From Neoechinorhynchus agilis (Eukaryota > Animalia > Acanthocephala), in assembly GCA_051530055.1 (NCBI GenBank), contig CM121342.1:12663480-12727479 (forward strand): a stretch of 64,000 nt of DNA. The letters run 5' to 3'. Of this stretch, positions 13,492-26,953 are shown in pieces (the first letter of the stretch is position 1; each line of letters begins with the position of its first letter). Below the pieces are notes generated by a model. That model was not told the DNA's origin. It saw only the letters and a program-made list of their open reading frames with translations, and searched no databases. A program made the translations under genes and the position numbers.

Positions 13492-14897
13492 TCACACAGC
13501 GTAATATGTATCCATGCCAATCGTGGTCTTTATGTTCATCATTCTGCTAATATCATCATCATCATAAATTCCAAGTTGGATTCCGACCCTCCTGCATTTT
13601 GCCCTAACCTCTTCTTCGACCAGATTAAAGCACATTACGAGGAGTGAGAGTCCAATCATGAGATATATCGCACACAGGACTAATTTTCCCTCAACTGCTG
13701 ATTTTGTATTGATCTCATCGACATCATTCACGCCATCAACAGTTTCTGAGTTTGTAATAGGACTCAGTGAACGACCAGGAACGAAATCACCTAGTCCGAT
13801 CGTCGTTAGAGTGATAAAGGAGAAGTAGAATCCGTCCAGTAGCGACCAATTTTCCCATTGAGAAAAAAGGAATGCCCCGACGAAGATATAGCCAATTAGG
13901 ACAGATGTTCTCCATAAGATATGAAGAATTTCTGCATTAGAAGAAGCATTGTGACGGATATTGGCACGGAAACAGTTTGGACATCATGAGGTCTTTCATC
14001 GGACGATTCAAAAGCACTTAAGGGAACATTATAAGCAGCACTAGGATATTGCCGTTGAGCATCCGCAAAGCTCCTCTGCATCCAACGTCGCCTTCTTCGT
14101 TGTGAAACCATGCGACAATATGCACAGCATATCCGAGAATAGATAAATCGAAATGAATCGGCCATTGTTGAGCCGATATTCGCCAGAAAGATTAAGAACA
14201 GCGGAATCCCACATGAAGCATAAAAGATCGTTAAGACCCGTCCGGCTGTCGTTTTGCACGTTATATTGCCATACCCTAAATTGAAGGGTTAAGGGTGTCG
14301 GTGATATCAATATCTATCGATAGGGCGGCTATCGCAGCGCAGAAGATCGTTAATCATTAGGATCAGGTCTTATCTTAAGACAACCGCTGACATATGGGTC
14401 TCGGGGCACCTAGTACCACCCACCAATTACCCACCTATTGATGTAATAACGGTTACGGCATACAAAACAGCCCCAGCAGTGTTCCATTGCTCGTTCATGG
14501 TTGTTGATTTCGAACCTCTTCTGCCACTCATTTCGAACTCATGTTTAGATCCTAAATATCCTCTTTGTTTCACTGCTCTTATGATTCCATCTTGATATTT
14601 CAAAATCTCTTCCCTTGCCATTGCCGTCCAATTCCTTTCTATCAAAACGAGATATTTGTTTGACTGGGTTAATAATTGTTGAACGACGGCGTCCAAGCTC
14701 TGTTGAACTTTAGCAAGATCATGTCGCTCAATAGGAGACTCGATTGACTTAAAAATGAAACCACCACCGATCGAGTATGCAATCACGATTAAACATAGTC
14801 CGATTCGAGAGAAAAAGAAGGTTGTAAACGAGCAACACATTTTGGAATAAACAGGATTGATTTTTTTAACTGGTCTATCGATCTCTTCATCGGGCAT
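13492..14897 (-). CDS. Two-pore-domain (K2P/TWiK-family) potassium channel
   Basis: Two pore loops, TVITSIG|YGN (GT-AG intron 14276-14434) and FITLTTIGLGDFVPG; four TM segments. M3 is interrupted by a 41-nt non-GT-AG hairpin segment at about 13895-13940. Confidence 0.92.
13895..13940 (-). other. Non-canonical 41-nt hairpin interruption in K+ channel M3
   Basis: Hairpin GCAGA-AA-TTCTTCATA/TCT/TATGGAGAA-CA-TCTGT between CTAAT direct repeats; removal gives VPISVTMLLLIGYIFVGAFLF. Confidence 0.8.
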
Positions 14898-17800
14898 AAC
14901 GTGATAAAATTCTGTTTATTTTGAACAAAAATGAGTAAGATATGTGTGATTGTAGTCTGAACGAAGATGATGGTGGTGGTCGATACTGCCAAAATATTTG
15001 ATATTCTTCACTGACAAGGCACTCTTAAGACGGAAATAGATGGCATCTCTCAAGACGCTCCCCAATTATTTCCGCAATGCCTCCAGGAATAAAGAAACTG
15101 ATCGCAGACAGCTGTCAGGGCAAGATGTGGCACTACTCCGAGCACTAGAAGTTTCATTCTTCCTTTTTACCTCGGTTGAATAAGTTCACAGCACAAAGGC
15201 TTCCGCCAAAAATCTTTAATTAAATTCAAAAGAGTACAGACGCAAGGAGACGATGGCAATATTAAAAGCTTCAAACAATGATGGGAATGACTAACTGGCA
15301 TCTCTGTCTGCCGTTTGCTATCCCCACGAAGAATGATAATATAATGGAATGTGTAGGATGCAAAAAGGAGTCACAAAGTAGTGAATTTCGTTTAACACTG
15401 GAGACGCACACAAATAATAAGTAACTTAAACAGGCACAGATTAAAGAACCTTCGATCGCTAAAATTAAATAAATCGTTCTTGTCCGTTTTTGATAAATGG
15501 ATATTAGGCACAGAAAACGCCTAAAGATAACATGCACTTTTAGTTGTGAAAACGAGATATTCTCGGCAAGATAAAAATTATCGTAAGAGAATCTGAATTC
15601 AGCACGCCGACGTTGATTCTAAATGGCTAAAATAACTAGGACTATCTCCAAAATTTCAATCAACAACATTTTAATAAAGGAAGCGCTACCTCAATGTTTT
15701 CAAATTTCTTATGCTCAATTAAAGTATCAATCTTTTGTTGTGGACATTTTTAATGTGGAATTCTCAAAAGTATAGCCGAGATAATTAAACAGCTATTTAT
15801 GTATTCAATAATCGATCAACAGTAAATGTTTCTCCTTCGCTTTCTGCCCTTTCAAAGATCATTATTAAATACCTTTGCTTCCAGAAGAGAAGCCACCTTT
15901 TTGCTGCATCGATTGACATTTAACCTATCAATTCCAGCAACTCCTTAAATGCTGTTTCCTGTCAGTTTCCTTGCCCCTATCCGTCTTTGTCAACCATCCA
16001 ATAAGGTTACTTTACAGGTGCGGTTTAGCCTAATCCATCACAGCGATGCTTATCAACAAATAACAATTCGCTTTTATACCACCATCAGGTGCGATTCTAG
16101 TTTCGCAATTTGTGAGTTTATTAAAAAAATTATTGAGAAACTAACTCTATTCTAAAAAGGAATGGTTCCCTTTTAATTTTGCAAGCGAACTTCGATCGAA
16201 TCCCAAAAATGTATTTTCTGAATAGTAAAACAATTAATACGATCTTTAAGGGTCCAAAATCTCAATATTGCATGTTCAAAGAAGTGTCAATAATTTGAAC
16301 TTCTTCCCATTGTCGCTTTAAAAAACCCATCAATTTTGTTTGATTTTTGCAATAAAGATTGCGTTAGATTTTTTCTTTTTGAATCCAAAATTATTTAGTT
16401 AAAAATTTTAATGCGTAACTCTTAAGAATCAATTTCTTACAAAAAGGTAAAAATGCTGCAATTATTTCCATGAAGATTCCACAATTATCGTCATAGACAG
16501 TTCGACAACGCCTCCATTTTAAAACTATGGATTGATATTATCTATCTGAGAGGTCTTAACTCAGCTACGCTTCATTCTTTCATTTTTAATTGAATTTCGT
16601 GCATTTACAATACATATTTGCTCCCCGAACAAGCGATGCTTCGTCAGATCGCGATTCATCTTCTCAGTCAGTAAATTCAGTTGCATCATATGACTTTGCT
16701 GACTAGTGTACATGATGTAAGAGATATTATAAATGGTAAGTTAGGTGCCAGGATAAGCAGTCTTAATTTATCCATGTCTCACAAAATGCTCGATAGGTTT
16801 ACTTTATATTCCGTTTCCGTTGTGAATTCATTTTCACAAGTCAACTCTATCTTCTAGGAATGGTTGAAATTGAGTTTCCAAAGCAAGAAATTTAAACGAA
16901 GCTTTTTGTAAGGCTTGGAAGTGCTCTGATGAGATCATTTCTCTTTAAAAATGTTTAAATCTCTCATTCTTCACTCACGAGATTTCATGTCAAAAATTCA
17001 ATCCTCATTTTCGCTTTCCCTAACCGCTAAAAAATCTTTTTAGGGATTCCAAATGATTAAGTAATCAACCTCAAGACATCGTTCGCTCAGCCTTATTGCG
17101 GTTTAAAAATAATGCTTAAAGTTCGGACTAATCCATTGACATTATCCGCTGCAAAGAAATCATATTTTTCGTAGCATAAATATTCAAGATTTTCCAATGG
17201 TTAAGGAACGGTTTTTATACGTCAATATATAAATGAAAATAAATATCCCGTTTCTCAGCGGTTTTATGCCTACCGCCCTTCGAGAAAAATTCGGTTAGTG
17301 TAACAGTTTCCGTGTGTCACTGATTGGGATCACTTTCTGCTTTAATGTCTACTTTTATACTTACTTCCAATGTTTTTCGTAAGTTACATTTTGCACTGGT
17401 TTAATTTTTATCAAAATACGCATACCTTTTTATTTATACCATCCTAAATAAGTTTAGCAATTATTCTACATGAAAAATTCGTGATTCAGAACTTGCATTG
17501 CACTTTGAATCCAATAGTTTTTCATTCAATTGATCCACTTACTACCAATAAAGACTCAAAGGCTTTGTAAGTGCGCATGCATCATCTCTCAGTACAAGTT
17601 TTAAATTCACTAGCTTCAAGTTGTTCTTAGTTCGATCAATTATTATTGCTTAAAATTGTCTACCACGATAAATTATTCAAATATGGATCTAATTTCAACT
17701 TGGGTTTGTAGAATAGATTGCAGGCGAGCAGATAGGGGCGAGGATCGGGATGCTTGATGGCGGTACTGATAGAAATTGGGTTTCTTTTTAAGAAGGGAAC

Positions 17801-20683
17801 TCGCGTAGTGATGTCTTTGTGTATGTTGATATCCTACATCAGTTGACGAAAATGGTTAGTCTGATAAAGAGAAATCACTTCCATTGTGAAAATGTGCTCG
17901 AGGGCCTGTCACATGTCGACAAACAAGAGTATTCATTCCATTGTTGTTGTAATGATAGTATCAAAGACTACAAGTTGATCCACATGTAATTGCTGGCGGG
18001 AGCTGATTTGTATTTGAGTGTTCTCGTTTTGACTGGCCAAACTCACAAAATGAAAACTTGTTTAAGGCAAAATGTATACCATGACTACTTTTAACTTAAA
18101 TAACCCTTATAAATTACTCGCAACCGTCTGTCTCACACAAACCCTTATCGTAAAATCATATATTTGTCTTTTGTCAGCATGAATAGGCGACCTACTTTGA
18201 AGCCGGTAGTAGATTAGACAACTCTAAAGGGAATATATTCAATAGCATATGATGTGAATTCGGATGTTAGAAGATTTAAGCGATCTTATCACTTCTCTTT
18301 TTAATAGTGTTTCTTCGAATTGGACATATTGTAGCACATTTACCGGGAGATGTTTTACATCGGCTTTCATCAACACTATATTCTGCATTTCCTGAATTTG
18401 ACGAAGTTGTTTCATAATTGAATATCGGTACACCTTAATTGCTACTAGACAAGAATGTTCTCGAGAGATGCGAATGCCTAACTGGACGGTACAATTTACC
18501 TACTTTTGTGATACATTAACTTGGTCTTCAGTAAAGAAAGCACTTTATTTGTCGAGCTTTCAGCTCCAAGCTTGAATTCCTAATCCAGCGTATGCATAAT
18601 AATGACTTGAGATCAATAGTCAAATGCTAGTCACATAAAGTGGCGTCATATAGAGCTGCCTATTACTGGGTCTTCCTATAATCCTAAAATATTTAAATCA
18701 TACGCAGTGTGGTTCACTTTTTATAATTTTAAGCTATTTTGTAGAATTTTGAAATAGTTTCGAAAATAAGAACCATATTGATTTCAAGAAATCACTAACG
18801 AAATTCAGGAATTGATCGCTGATAGTAGAAAGGTAAGAAAACGCTTTACCGGGCGAGCTGCAGCAATCCCGTTGTTTTCCCAAAAGGCCTTTAAAATTGT
18901 TATTGGTGTGAATTTCTTTTGTTTATGCTTAAATTTAAGCTAGCTACCATTTCACATTACTGATTCAGAAGAGTAAATACTGTTTGTAGTAACTAAGCAG
19001 AAGTATGATTTATCAGTGTTATTATCCAAAGTTTATATCATAGCGAAAGCCCGCGTCTTGTGTTTCTCGAGTTCAAAACATGGCACGTTTCTTCAAAGGG
19101 AAAGTCTTTTGTTGTTTTGCCAGGAATCATCCAACAAGCTGCTTTTTGTTTTAGGCGCTAATTTGAGCGCATTTTGCATTTAAAAAAGTGTTATGAGAAA
19201 TATTTTAAATTTATAACACCACGTTATTTTATTATTTTGTTGAACAGCTCATCTTTGCTCAATTTTAAGACATTTATCTCACTCCATGCTTTGATCAAAT
19301 TAGTACAATTTTAGGTGCTGTATGCTTGATCGTGTCGCTAATTCTTTTGACTAGCCAGGATTCTGTAATTAGCAATCGTCTTGCATATATTACTGGAAAA
19401 GAAAGCTTCTCATTGTCGGAATTCGCGAAGTGAATTCATGATAGTTCGTCTTTTCCACTCTACAGTGGTTATAAAATCTCATCCGGGTTGATCGAGTCCT
19501 GTAGATTTATGGCGACTGTGTAAAACTGCGTACGCGGAGTACCTGTCAAAACGGCATAAAAATTCTAGAAAATGTGAGACTTGCTTCTTTGCAAAATGCG
19601 TTTTTATGTCAGCTTAAAAGGCTCATATTTATGCTAGAAATAGTTATGCGTATATTATTCATTTATTTTAATCTTAGAAACTAAATTTAAGTTCACAATG
19701 TTCGTGGCACTCATTTACATTTAGGGTAGATTTGCGTTAAGGAACATCACCGCTGCGATTGAAAACCTTAACGTTTTTTTCCAACGAAGCTGATCGTTGA
19801 TTGTTAGCCGTAATTGTGTCACTATCATGGTTCTTCACTAGATAAACATATCTATGAGAGATGATTAACTAAACAATGTTGGTGAGACGTAGCTCCATTG
19901 GCTTAGATTTCGGTCAATGCCTAGTATTTTGCTATTTTTCATATCAATATTTTTTACGTTTTATCAGATTTCTTGATTAGAAAGGTGCACTGAAAATTCG
20001 TAGACATGGGCTGCGCTTTCATAGTTTTTTTGTCTGAAATCTATGCTCGATTAATTTCTCTTTATTGACACTCTCAACCAAGCTCCTCCGATCAATGACC
20101 TTCTCTCTTTTGTCTTCAAGATTTATTGTTTCGTTTACTTGCGAGACAAAATAAATATCGAGTTGATCTATGCACATCTACCGTGTGCATACGCTCACCG
20201 AAATACTTGTTGTCCATGCCTCTATGGGAGCTCTTCTGATTCAAAGCAAGGACCGTGATTTTGCAGAATTATACAACCGTTGGAAAATCCCAGAAAATTT
20301 AACTCACAAATTATAGACTGATAGATATTCTAAATTAAATTATATGGTTACTCGTTCACGTGCACAAGAACAACAATTTTTAAGAACAAAATACCAAAAT
20401 TTTCTGAGCTAACGTTTCCGATGTGATCCATCTTACCAGATTTATCTTTTAATCTCACATTTCAGAATTTGAGACCTTCTATTGCCCTAGTCGTTTTATA
20501 TAATAATGGAAATGTGTGATATAAAAACGTGAGGCTTCTATTTTATTGTAACAATGACCTTAACGTCGTGCCCTATGATCTACTCATTTTGTCTTTTAGG
20601 TTTTATATTGTTCGATTCATTTTCGATCTTGCGCCGTCACAACTCAATCTCGTTTCAGAAAGGAGTCTTCTTTGTGTCCTAAT

Positions 20684-21648
20684 ATGTATTGGCGTTCATG
20701 GAGAGCCTTACGCTCATCTGGAGCAGCTGGGAACGATCATAGATCCCGGCAAGTTCAACCAACGACAGCTCCTTTAACAAAATTCGTCCTATTTACCTCC
20801 AATTGCTTGTTTTGGATTATTAGTATATGTCTCCTTGTATCCGGCCTTTATGCATGGATAAAAAAGGGAACCCTCTATAACATGGGTCGCCTAGTTAGTG
20901 ATCGAACTCTTTTTTTCGATCCTGCTTGGTTTTTGATTATAATGAGCACAGTAACGGCTTTGGTAACATTGATCGGGTGTGTAGGTGTTCTTCGTGAAAA
21001 CAGCCAGTTTCTTTTGGTTTACATTTGGCTAGTATCGATTGCTTTCACGGCCGAAGTGTTGACCATAGCATTGGGTTATTTATTTAAGAATGAGGCCAAG
21101 AAGCACGTCGGAAGTGGAATGATGGAGTCGCTTAGCACATTAGTTCTCATGTTCTAAGAGTCCACGAAGAGAATTACTGTCTCAAAAAGTATCATGATGA
21201 CGAAGATCTTCAAGATCTAGTCGATTGGGTTCAAGCTAGTTGGCTTAAATGCTGTGGCGTCCAAAGCTACAGGGATTGGGAGATCAATGCATACTACAAC
21301 TGCTCATCCGCAGTTCTAGGGAACGTTATGGCGTGCGGGGTTCCACATAGTTGCTGTCGACTTAATGGAACTGAGACCACCGTGGTCGTAAACCGACAAT
21401 GCGGATTCGGTAAACTCCATGAACCGGTCGCCCAGAAATTGAACTTATCAATCTACATTGAAGGATGTCTTAACAAACTTAGTCAATGGTTCGAAGATCG
21501 AGCCGTTCTTCTTATGTGTCTTGCATTGGTAATTGCGGTAATTCAGCTGATCGGCATTGGATTTGCTTATTCTTTAAGAAGTAAAATAGGTGAACAGAGG
21601 AGAAGACATTTGTTGCGAAATCGAAGGTTCGGTAATGAGAATAACTAA
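20684..21648 (+). CDS. Tetraspanin, TspanC8 subgroup (TSPAN5/14/17/33-like)
   Basis: KFVLFTSNCLFW, GCVGVLREN, YHDDEDLQDLVDWVQASWLKCCG, DWEINAYYNC, GVPHSCC, EGC. One 50-nt interruption at 21131-21180. Confidence 0.92.
21131..21180 (+). other. Non-canonical 50-nt hairpin interruption in tetraspanin
   Basis: Arms ACATTAGTTCTC (21137-21148) and GAGAATTACTGT (21169-21180); in-frame TAA at 21155. Removal gives GSGMMESLKKYHDDED. Confidence 0.72.
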
Positions 21649-22329
21649 CAAGAAAATGGAAGATAATATGCGTCCGAGTGAGATTGATAGAACCTGACTT
21701 CATAAAGACAGCTTGATACTGTTTACGAGTGCTAGAACCCGTGACAAAATGAGCGGGTTTACGGTCCCAAAAATGGAATTCGCCAAGATCAGTCATAGTA
21801 CATAGTTAGCTATTATTTCATTTTAAATTCATGTCTTAGAGCCTTTCGAAATGCGTCTCTTTTCGCATTAAGCGATCCAATATTTTTTGAATGGATCCGC
21901 TGTGTTTGATTTTTGTATACTGCAAATATATGCTTCGATTTATAATTTTGAGGGCGTATGGTGTAACACTATCGAGGAATTGTAACTCGAAGATATGCCT
22001 GAAAAATATGAATCGATTTGCAAATAAATCGAACAACGCTTATCTGATATTTGGATGCTGTAAAGAAGTTTATGAATATATTTTGTATTGTGATTGAACA
22101 AATAAAGGTTAGTTGTAATAATTCAATATTTCGTCCGCCTCCTCGGACTTTTTCAGGTCTAAAGCTTGCTCAGGGTGGCTTTATTCTCAGTTTTAGCCTG
22201 TAACCTGACTTATCTGGCTGAAATGTGTCACGATAGGGAGAGATTTATTCGAAAAGTAAGGACGTGATATGGGCTTGCATAACTAGTTGTTGGTGATTAG
22301 CTATAGTCTTGCTAATTATTGTTTTCCTT

Positions 22330-25200
22330 TCAATGTCCAATCCATACATTTCTTCTGTCGGCCCAATCGAAGGTATGCGCCCAAGCGTTAGGAAGATTTT
22401 TTAGAGCAATAAGGAAGGAGCTTTGGAACTTGATCCACTGTTCTGGCGGACTCTTCCGTGAACGCCCAGGCATTCCATACCGTCAAAATAGCTTTGTTGT
22501 TCAGACCTAGGCGGCACGCTCGCCTTGCTTTGGCGCCAGCAGTTTTTACGAAGCGTTTAAGTTTCATTAGATCGGGATAAGTGAGAAATTAGCGGTGAAA
22601 GTATATTTCAGGACTGTGAGCATCCTTGTCGAAAAACTTATAGAACGCCTCCTTTAAAGCAGATTGCTTAATGACAGAACTGGATTCGATTGACATTTGC
22701 GATTAAAATGGAGTAAGATCTAGTCCCATAAGAGCCAGCATTTCTTATAAAAAGGACAAAAGCGCGAGCGCCCTACTTGACGAATGTCGTAAGTTCATCT
22801 GCATATAGAGAAATATTCTTGCAAACATTGCGATTTTGAACTATATATTGCGTTGCCAAGCAGAAAAAGATAGGAGACAGGTAAGTTTTAGGGAACTCCT
22901 TTGGGCTGGAAAGAGGTTGTATGAAGGGGGTCGACTTGGAAAAAAGACTGAAATCAGGGTATTATTAACGCGAACAATAATATTGTAGGGATAGTTAAAA
23001 TACTGAATTTTTTATAGTCAAATGCGATTAGAAGATTTGTATAGCACGGGTCGGAATAAAAATTATTGGCTATTTCCTGTACCGCGGAATGTACAGACTT
23101 GTTTGGTAAAAATCGTGGCATTGTGGGTCAATGCATTGATGCTCCAGTGCAAATTCCAAGATAAAACGGGCTAAAGTTCTCTCGTAAATGAAAACAAAGG
23201 AATTCTGGACGCTATTTTACTATGTTTGTTTTTAAGTAAGAAGATCCGCTTAGCTAAATTGATAGTGGCCCATTCTTGAGGAAGCGCCCCAGGCCATAAC
23301 GAGGAAACTAATGTTACTACTAGACAAAACATTAGTGGCCTTGAAAGAAGCCGAGGCATCATTCGTGGAGAATTTATTTTTCGAGTTCCAATGCCTGATA
23401 ATGTAATTGGGTGACAAATCTAGTCTCCGTCGTTTAAGCGGCACATAGAAGTAAGGAGAAACACGGGAGCCAGCGGATTAGATGGTTGAAGCCTACAAAA
23501 TTTAAATTTTGACTTGCTCAAGTCAACCAGGAATTTACGTTTAACCGAACGACGTCCTCATTCTTTGTCGGGAACTAATAACTGCTACGATTGTAAGTGA
23601 ACTCATCTTAACTAAATTGCTAAGCGGAGCATGAATTACATTGAGAATGTTATAACAATAACACGTTTTATTGGATCAGGGAAAATACAAACCACCAAAC
23701 CATGCAATGCAGGTACATAATGAAACTTGAAGTGTGTAAGTTGCTGGTAGGGCGCTTTTCGTGCTTTACACCCGAGGTAAGTGGGAGAGGAGGTCAGTTT
23801 ATGTGCAAGAAAGGTCTTGCGCGAATTGAGAATGTGATATGCAAGAGAGTTTTGAAGGCGGGGGAAATCAGGATTGCATGCCTGGTATCCTTTATTCAAC
23901 TTTATTTGGAGCATTTTCAGAAAGGCGACATCCAAAGTGGGTCTCAGCTGGAAATGTGAATGGTTTACCTAGGAATAGTTGTAATCATGCGAGAGGAGAG
24001 TATATTAGTTAGAGAAAGCATAATCTCTGAAGGATTGGGGTGAAAAATAGATTTTCAGTGTGAAGAGAGATTACGCGAGACCAATTTTGTAAATGCGAAT
24101 ATGTGTTGATCTCTCTCAGCCCAGACCGTAAGGGGGAATGACCGTACACGTCGAGAAGGATTGAAGGAAGAGAGGATAATTGCGCAATGGTCTGAGGATG
24201 AGACTGGATGCAGTTTTATAGCATCATTGTATTTGTGAATCTTAGTAAAGATTTTGTCGAAATGTGCGGAGTGGCGGGTAGGAAATTTTACTAACTCGAC
24301 GAAGTCAAGGAGAGATAGTGATGTAGGAAGATTATTGAAATCACCAAGAATGATTAGATGCTCAAGACCAAGAGAGTGGAGATTTGCTATCATTGCATCA
24401 ATCTCCTGTGATGTCATTTGTAGATTGACTGAAGGAGGACGGTAGATACCGATAATGGTTAAAATTCGGCTGCCTGTGCGAAGTTTGAGAGAGAGAACGG
24501 TAAGGCACTGAGGAAGGTCGAACCGAATGAAAATGGAGACCACATTCTGCGCGTTTGTCTCTGTAAGTAGAAAGAAGTAATGCGATGTCGGAATTGAAGG
24601 AGTGCAGCCATGTTTCCACAATCACCAAAATGTCTGTGTTGGTGGCGGAGGCTAATAGCGAAAGATGATCTATCTTAGGCAACAGACTTTTTTTATGTTA
24701 GTGAAAAGAATGAAGAGAAATTTTTGCTTGAAAGAACTTAAAGGAGGTGGAAGAGTTCGATGGATAAGTTTCTGAGCGGCTCTTGAGTTCGCGGTAATGT
24801 TTGACTCTGCCAATGTACGGCATGGATTTTCCGTGGTATCCAAAAATTTACAGATGAGTTCTGATCGTAGATTTTGACTGGTGTTAAGTTATTGGAGGGG
24901 AGAGTAGACGGTTGTGAATAGGCGAATGATGGACGGAATTCACAGTTTGAAGTGAGGGGTGTGGTTATATTCGGTATGGTAGAGAGGAATTGACGAGCGA
25001 GGAGCTATTCTGAAGGAAAGAAGATGCGGTGTTTGGCATATGAAAGTAGACAAGGACGGGATTTTTTAGGGTTTTTGTTGGAGATGCGGTGGAAGGAGAC
25101 CGTGGAAGGGAGGAGAGCGAAGGATTCGGGAAAGAGTTGTGACAATCCAACAAATGATAAACCGTACGGTTGAGCAAACCGATTTCGTCGGCTGAGTTTG
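22330..25200 (-). mobile_element. Decayed LINE (L2/CR1-like) with APE endonuclease and degenerate RT
   Basis: DILVIVETWL, IIGIYRPPS, IILGDFN, PTRHSAHFDKIFT, SSDHC; the downstream RT is broken by stops and frameshifts. Boundaries approximate. Confidence 0.75.
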
Positions 25201-25217
25201 TACATTTCGTAGTTGTG

Positions 25218-25379
25218 TAGAGGTGGTCTAGTGGACTTGTGCTCCGAATCCCTTTTTCAAGTTCGAAGGGTTCGAAACCGTTACTGCTGACGGCGCACAA
25301 CCAAAGGGGACGAAATACCGCTGAAAGGAGGAAACTCACTGATGGGTCCCGCCTCCTGGAAGTATCTGAGGATCCGGAG
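25218..25379 (+). mobile_element. tRNA-derived SINE family A, copy 2
   Basis: TGGTCTAGTGG ... GGTTCGAAACC head plus shared body ending GAGGATCCGG. Confidence 0.75.
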
Positions 25380-26269
25380 AGATATACGAACTCCCAACTG
25401 TTGTTCGTCAGAGTTTATGTTGTCATATCACTTCTCTGATGTAAAACATAAGATTCGACCGTTGAAAGTGCTAAAATAATTCATAATAAAAAGGAAAGAG
25501 TTGTAGAAAATGATGTTAAGATGATGAATGTAGTGTTTGCTAAGATCTAAATTGTATAAGGAGGTTATTACGGGAATCCCTGAAATGAAGATGTTATGGA
25601 ATGATATCATATGACATTGTTGGCTGCTGTTTAGCTGCTGAGGTGATTTTTTTAGGAAAATTGGTTAGTAAGGGATCGATTGATTGGGGGTAAGGATAAG
25701 AAGTAGAAGTCTTGCGATTGAAGGCTTTTTGCGGATGCAATCAGAAAAGTGAGGAGTTTGAGGAATGTTCCACTGCCTTTTTTTTGGAATCGGAGTGAAT
25801 AGATTCAGAGGGATGAGTTCAAGAGGCAAGCGTTTGATTGTCTCGGTTTGAATGATGTTTAATACCGATTTATCGGACTGTAGCAGTGTAAATTTGCGAT
25901 GCTCTAGCAGAACAGAAGCCGCACATGAAATTGCGTAATGGTAATCTTTCTTTAGCGTTGAGAGTACTTAAATCGCCGTCACAATTGGGCAATTTTCTTC
26001 GGAGCAAGCAACGTTCAAGGGGCAATAGAGTTACGCGATTGCGTTGGTTGGGCAAATGTTAATGTGAATCAGATATTTGCTTGTGAGCTATTTACGACGT
26101 TGGTTAGCGATACGACGTTAATTGATTTGACGAGCCTCGTGTGAGGATAATTCATCAACTCGTTCGCACAGCACCCAAAGTTGCGGTCCAATATTGGCAA
26201 TCTCTGCTTCAACATTAGAACCAAAAATGCAGCTTCCTAGAAGACTGAACCGGTGTAGAGTGATTAATT

Positions 26270-26953
26270 CTATCCTAGGGGCAAGGGCGCGGTCTTTATG
26301 TAATCGTGGTCCGATTTGTTCAAATCTTGCGCGTGGTTTTCGATTTCCCAATCATCCCATTGTTGATTTTTCATCGCCGACAATTTATTCTTGTCTGCTG
26401 TACTTTTTAATGACTTGTATTTTTCTGGCCTGCACGACTTTTTCCTCGTAGATTCAATGTTTGTCGAGAGGTCCTTGGAATCCGAGGATATGATCGCAGT
26501 TCTTCGCATGGCTAACGATGTACTTCCACGGCTTAGTGATTTTCTAGTTTGTTCAGCGGTCTTTATGCAACTCCTGTCGGAGTTTTTCAAATCTTGCGCG
26601 TGGTTTTCGATTTCCCAATAATCCCATTGTTGATATTTCATCGCCGATAATTTATTCTTGTCTGCTGTACTTTTTAATGACTTGTATTTTTCTGGCCTGC
26701 ACGACTTTTTCCTCGTAGATTCAATGTTTGTCGAGAGGTCTTCGGAATCCGAGGATATGATCACAGGTCTGTCCTTGGTCAACGATTTACTTCCACGACT
26801 TGGTGATTTTCTAGTTCGCTCTGCGATCTTTATGTAATCGTGATCCGATTTGTTCAAATCTTGCGCGCGATTTTCGATTTTCCAATCATCCCGTTGTTCT
26901 ATTTTCGATTTGTCGTCTTTAATTAAAAGATAAAAACTGTTCCAATATTGCAC
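26270..26953 (-). CDS. ORF of unknown function built from a 267-bp (89-aa) tandem repeat, about 2.3 copies
   Basis: Unit starts at 26295, 26562 and 26829 (TTTATG.AA); W..WEIENHAQDL..SD..IK.AE.TRKS.SRGS repeated in frame. Confidence 0.4.
   Translation of the reverse strand: MQYWNSFYLLIKDDKSKIEQRDDWKIENRAQDLNKSDHDYIKIAERTRKSPSRGSKSLTKDRPVIISSDSEDLSTNIESTRKKSCRPEKYKSLKSTADKNKLSAMKYQQWDYWEIENHAQDLKNSDRSCIKTAEQTRKSLSRGSTSLAMRRTAIISSDSKDLSTNIESTRKKSCRPEKYKSLKSTADKNKLSAMKNQQWDDWEIENHAQDLNKSDHDYIKTAPLPLG

Noticed and set aside
25345-25379. HDV-like ribozyme in the SINE A tail (GTCCCGCCTCCT)
   Set aside because: No P1 partner, P4 or J4/2 could be built; it is a simple CCTCC/GGAGG hairpin.
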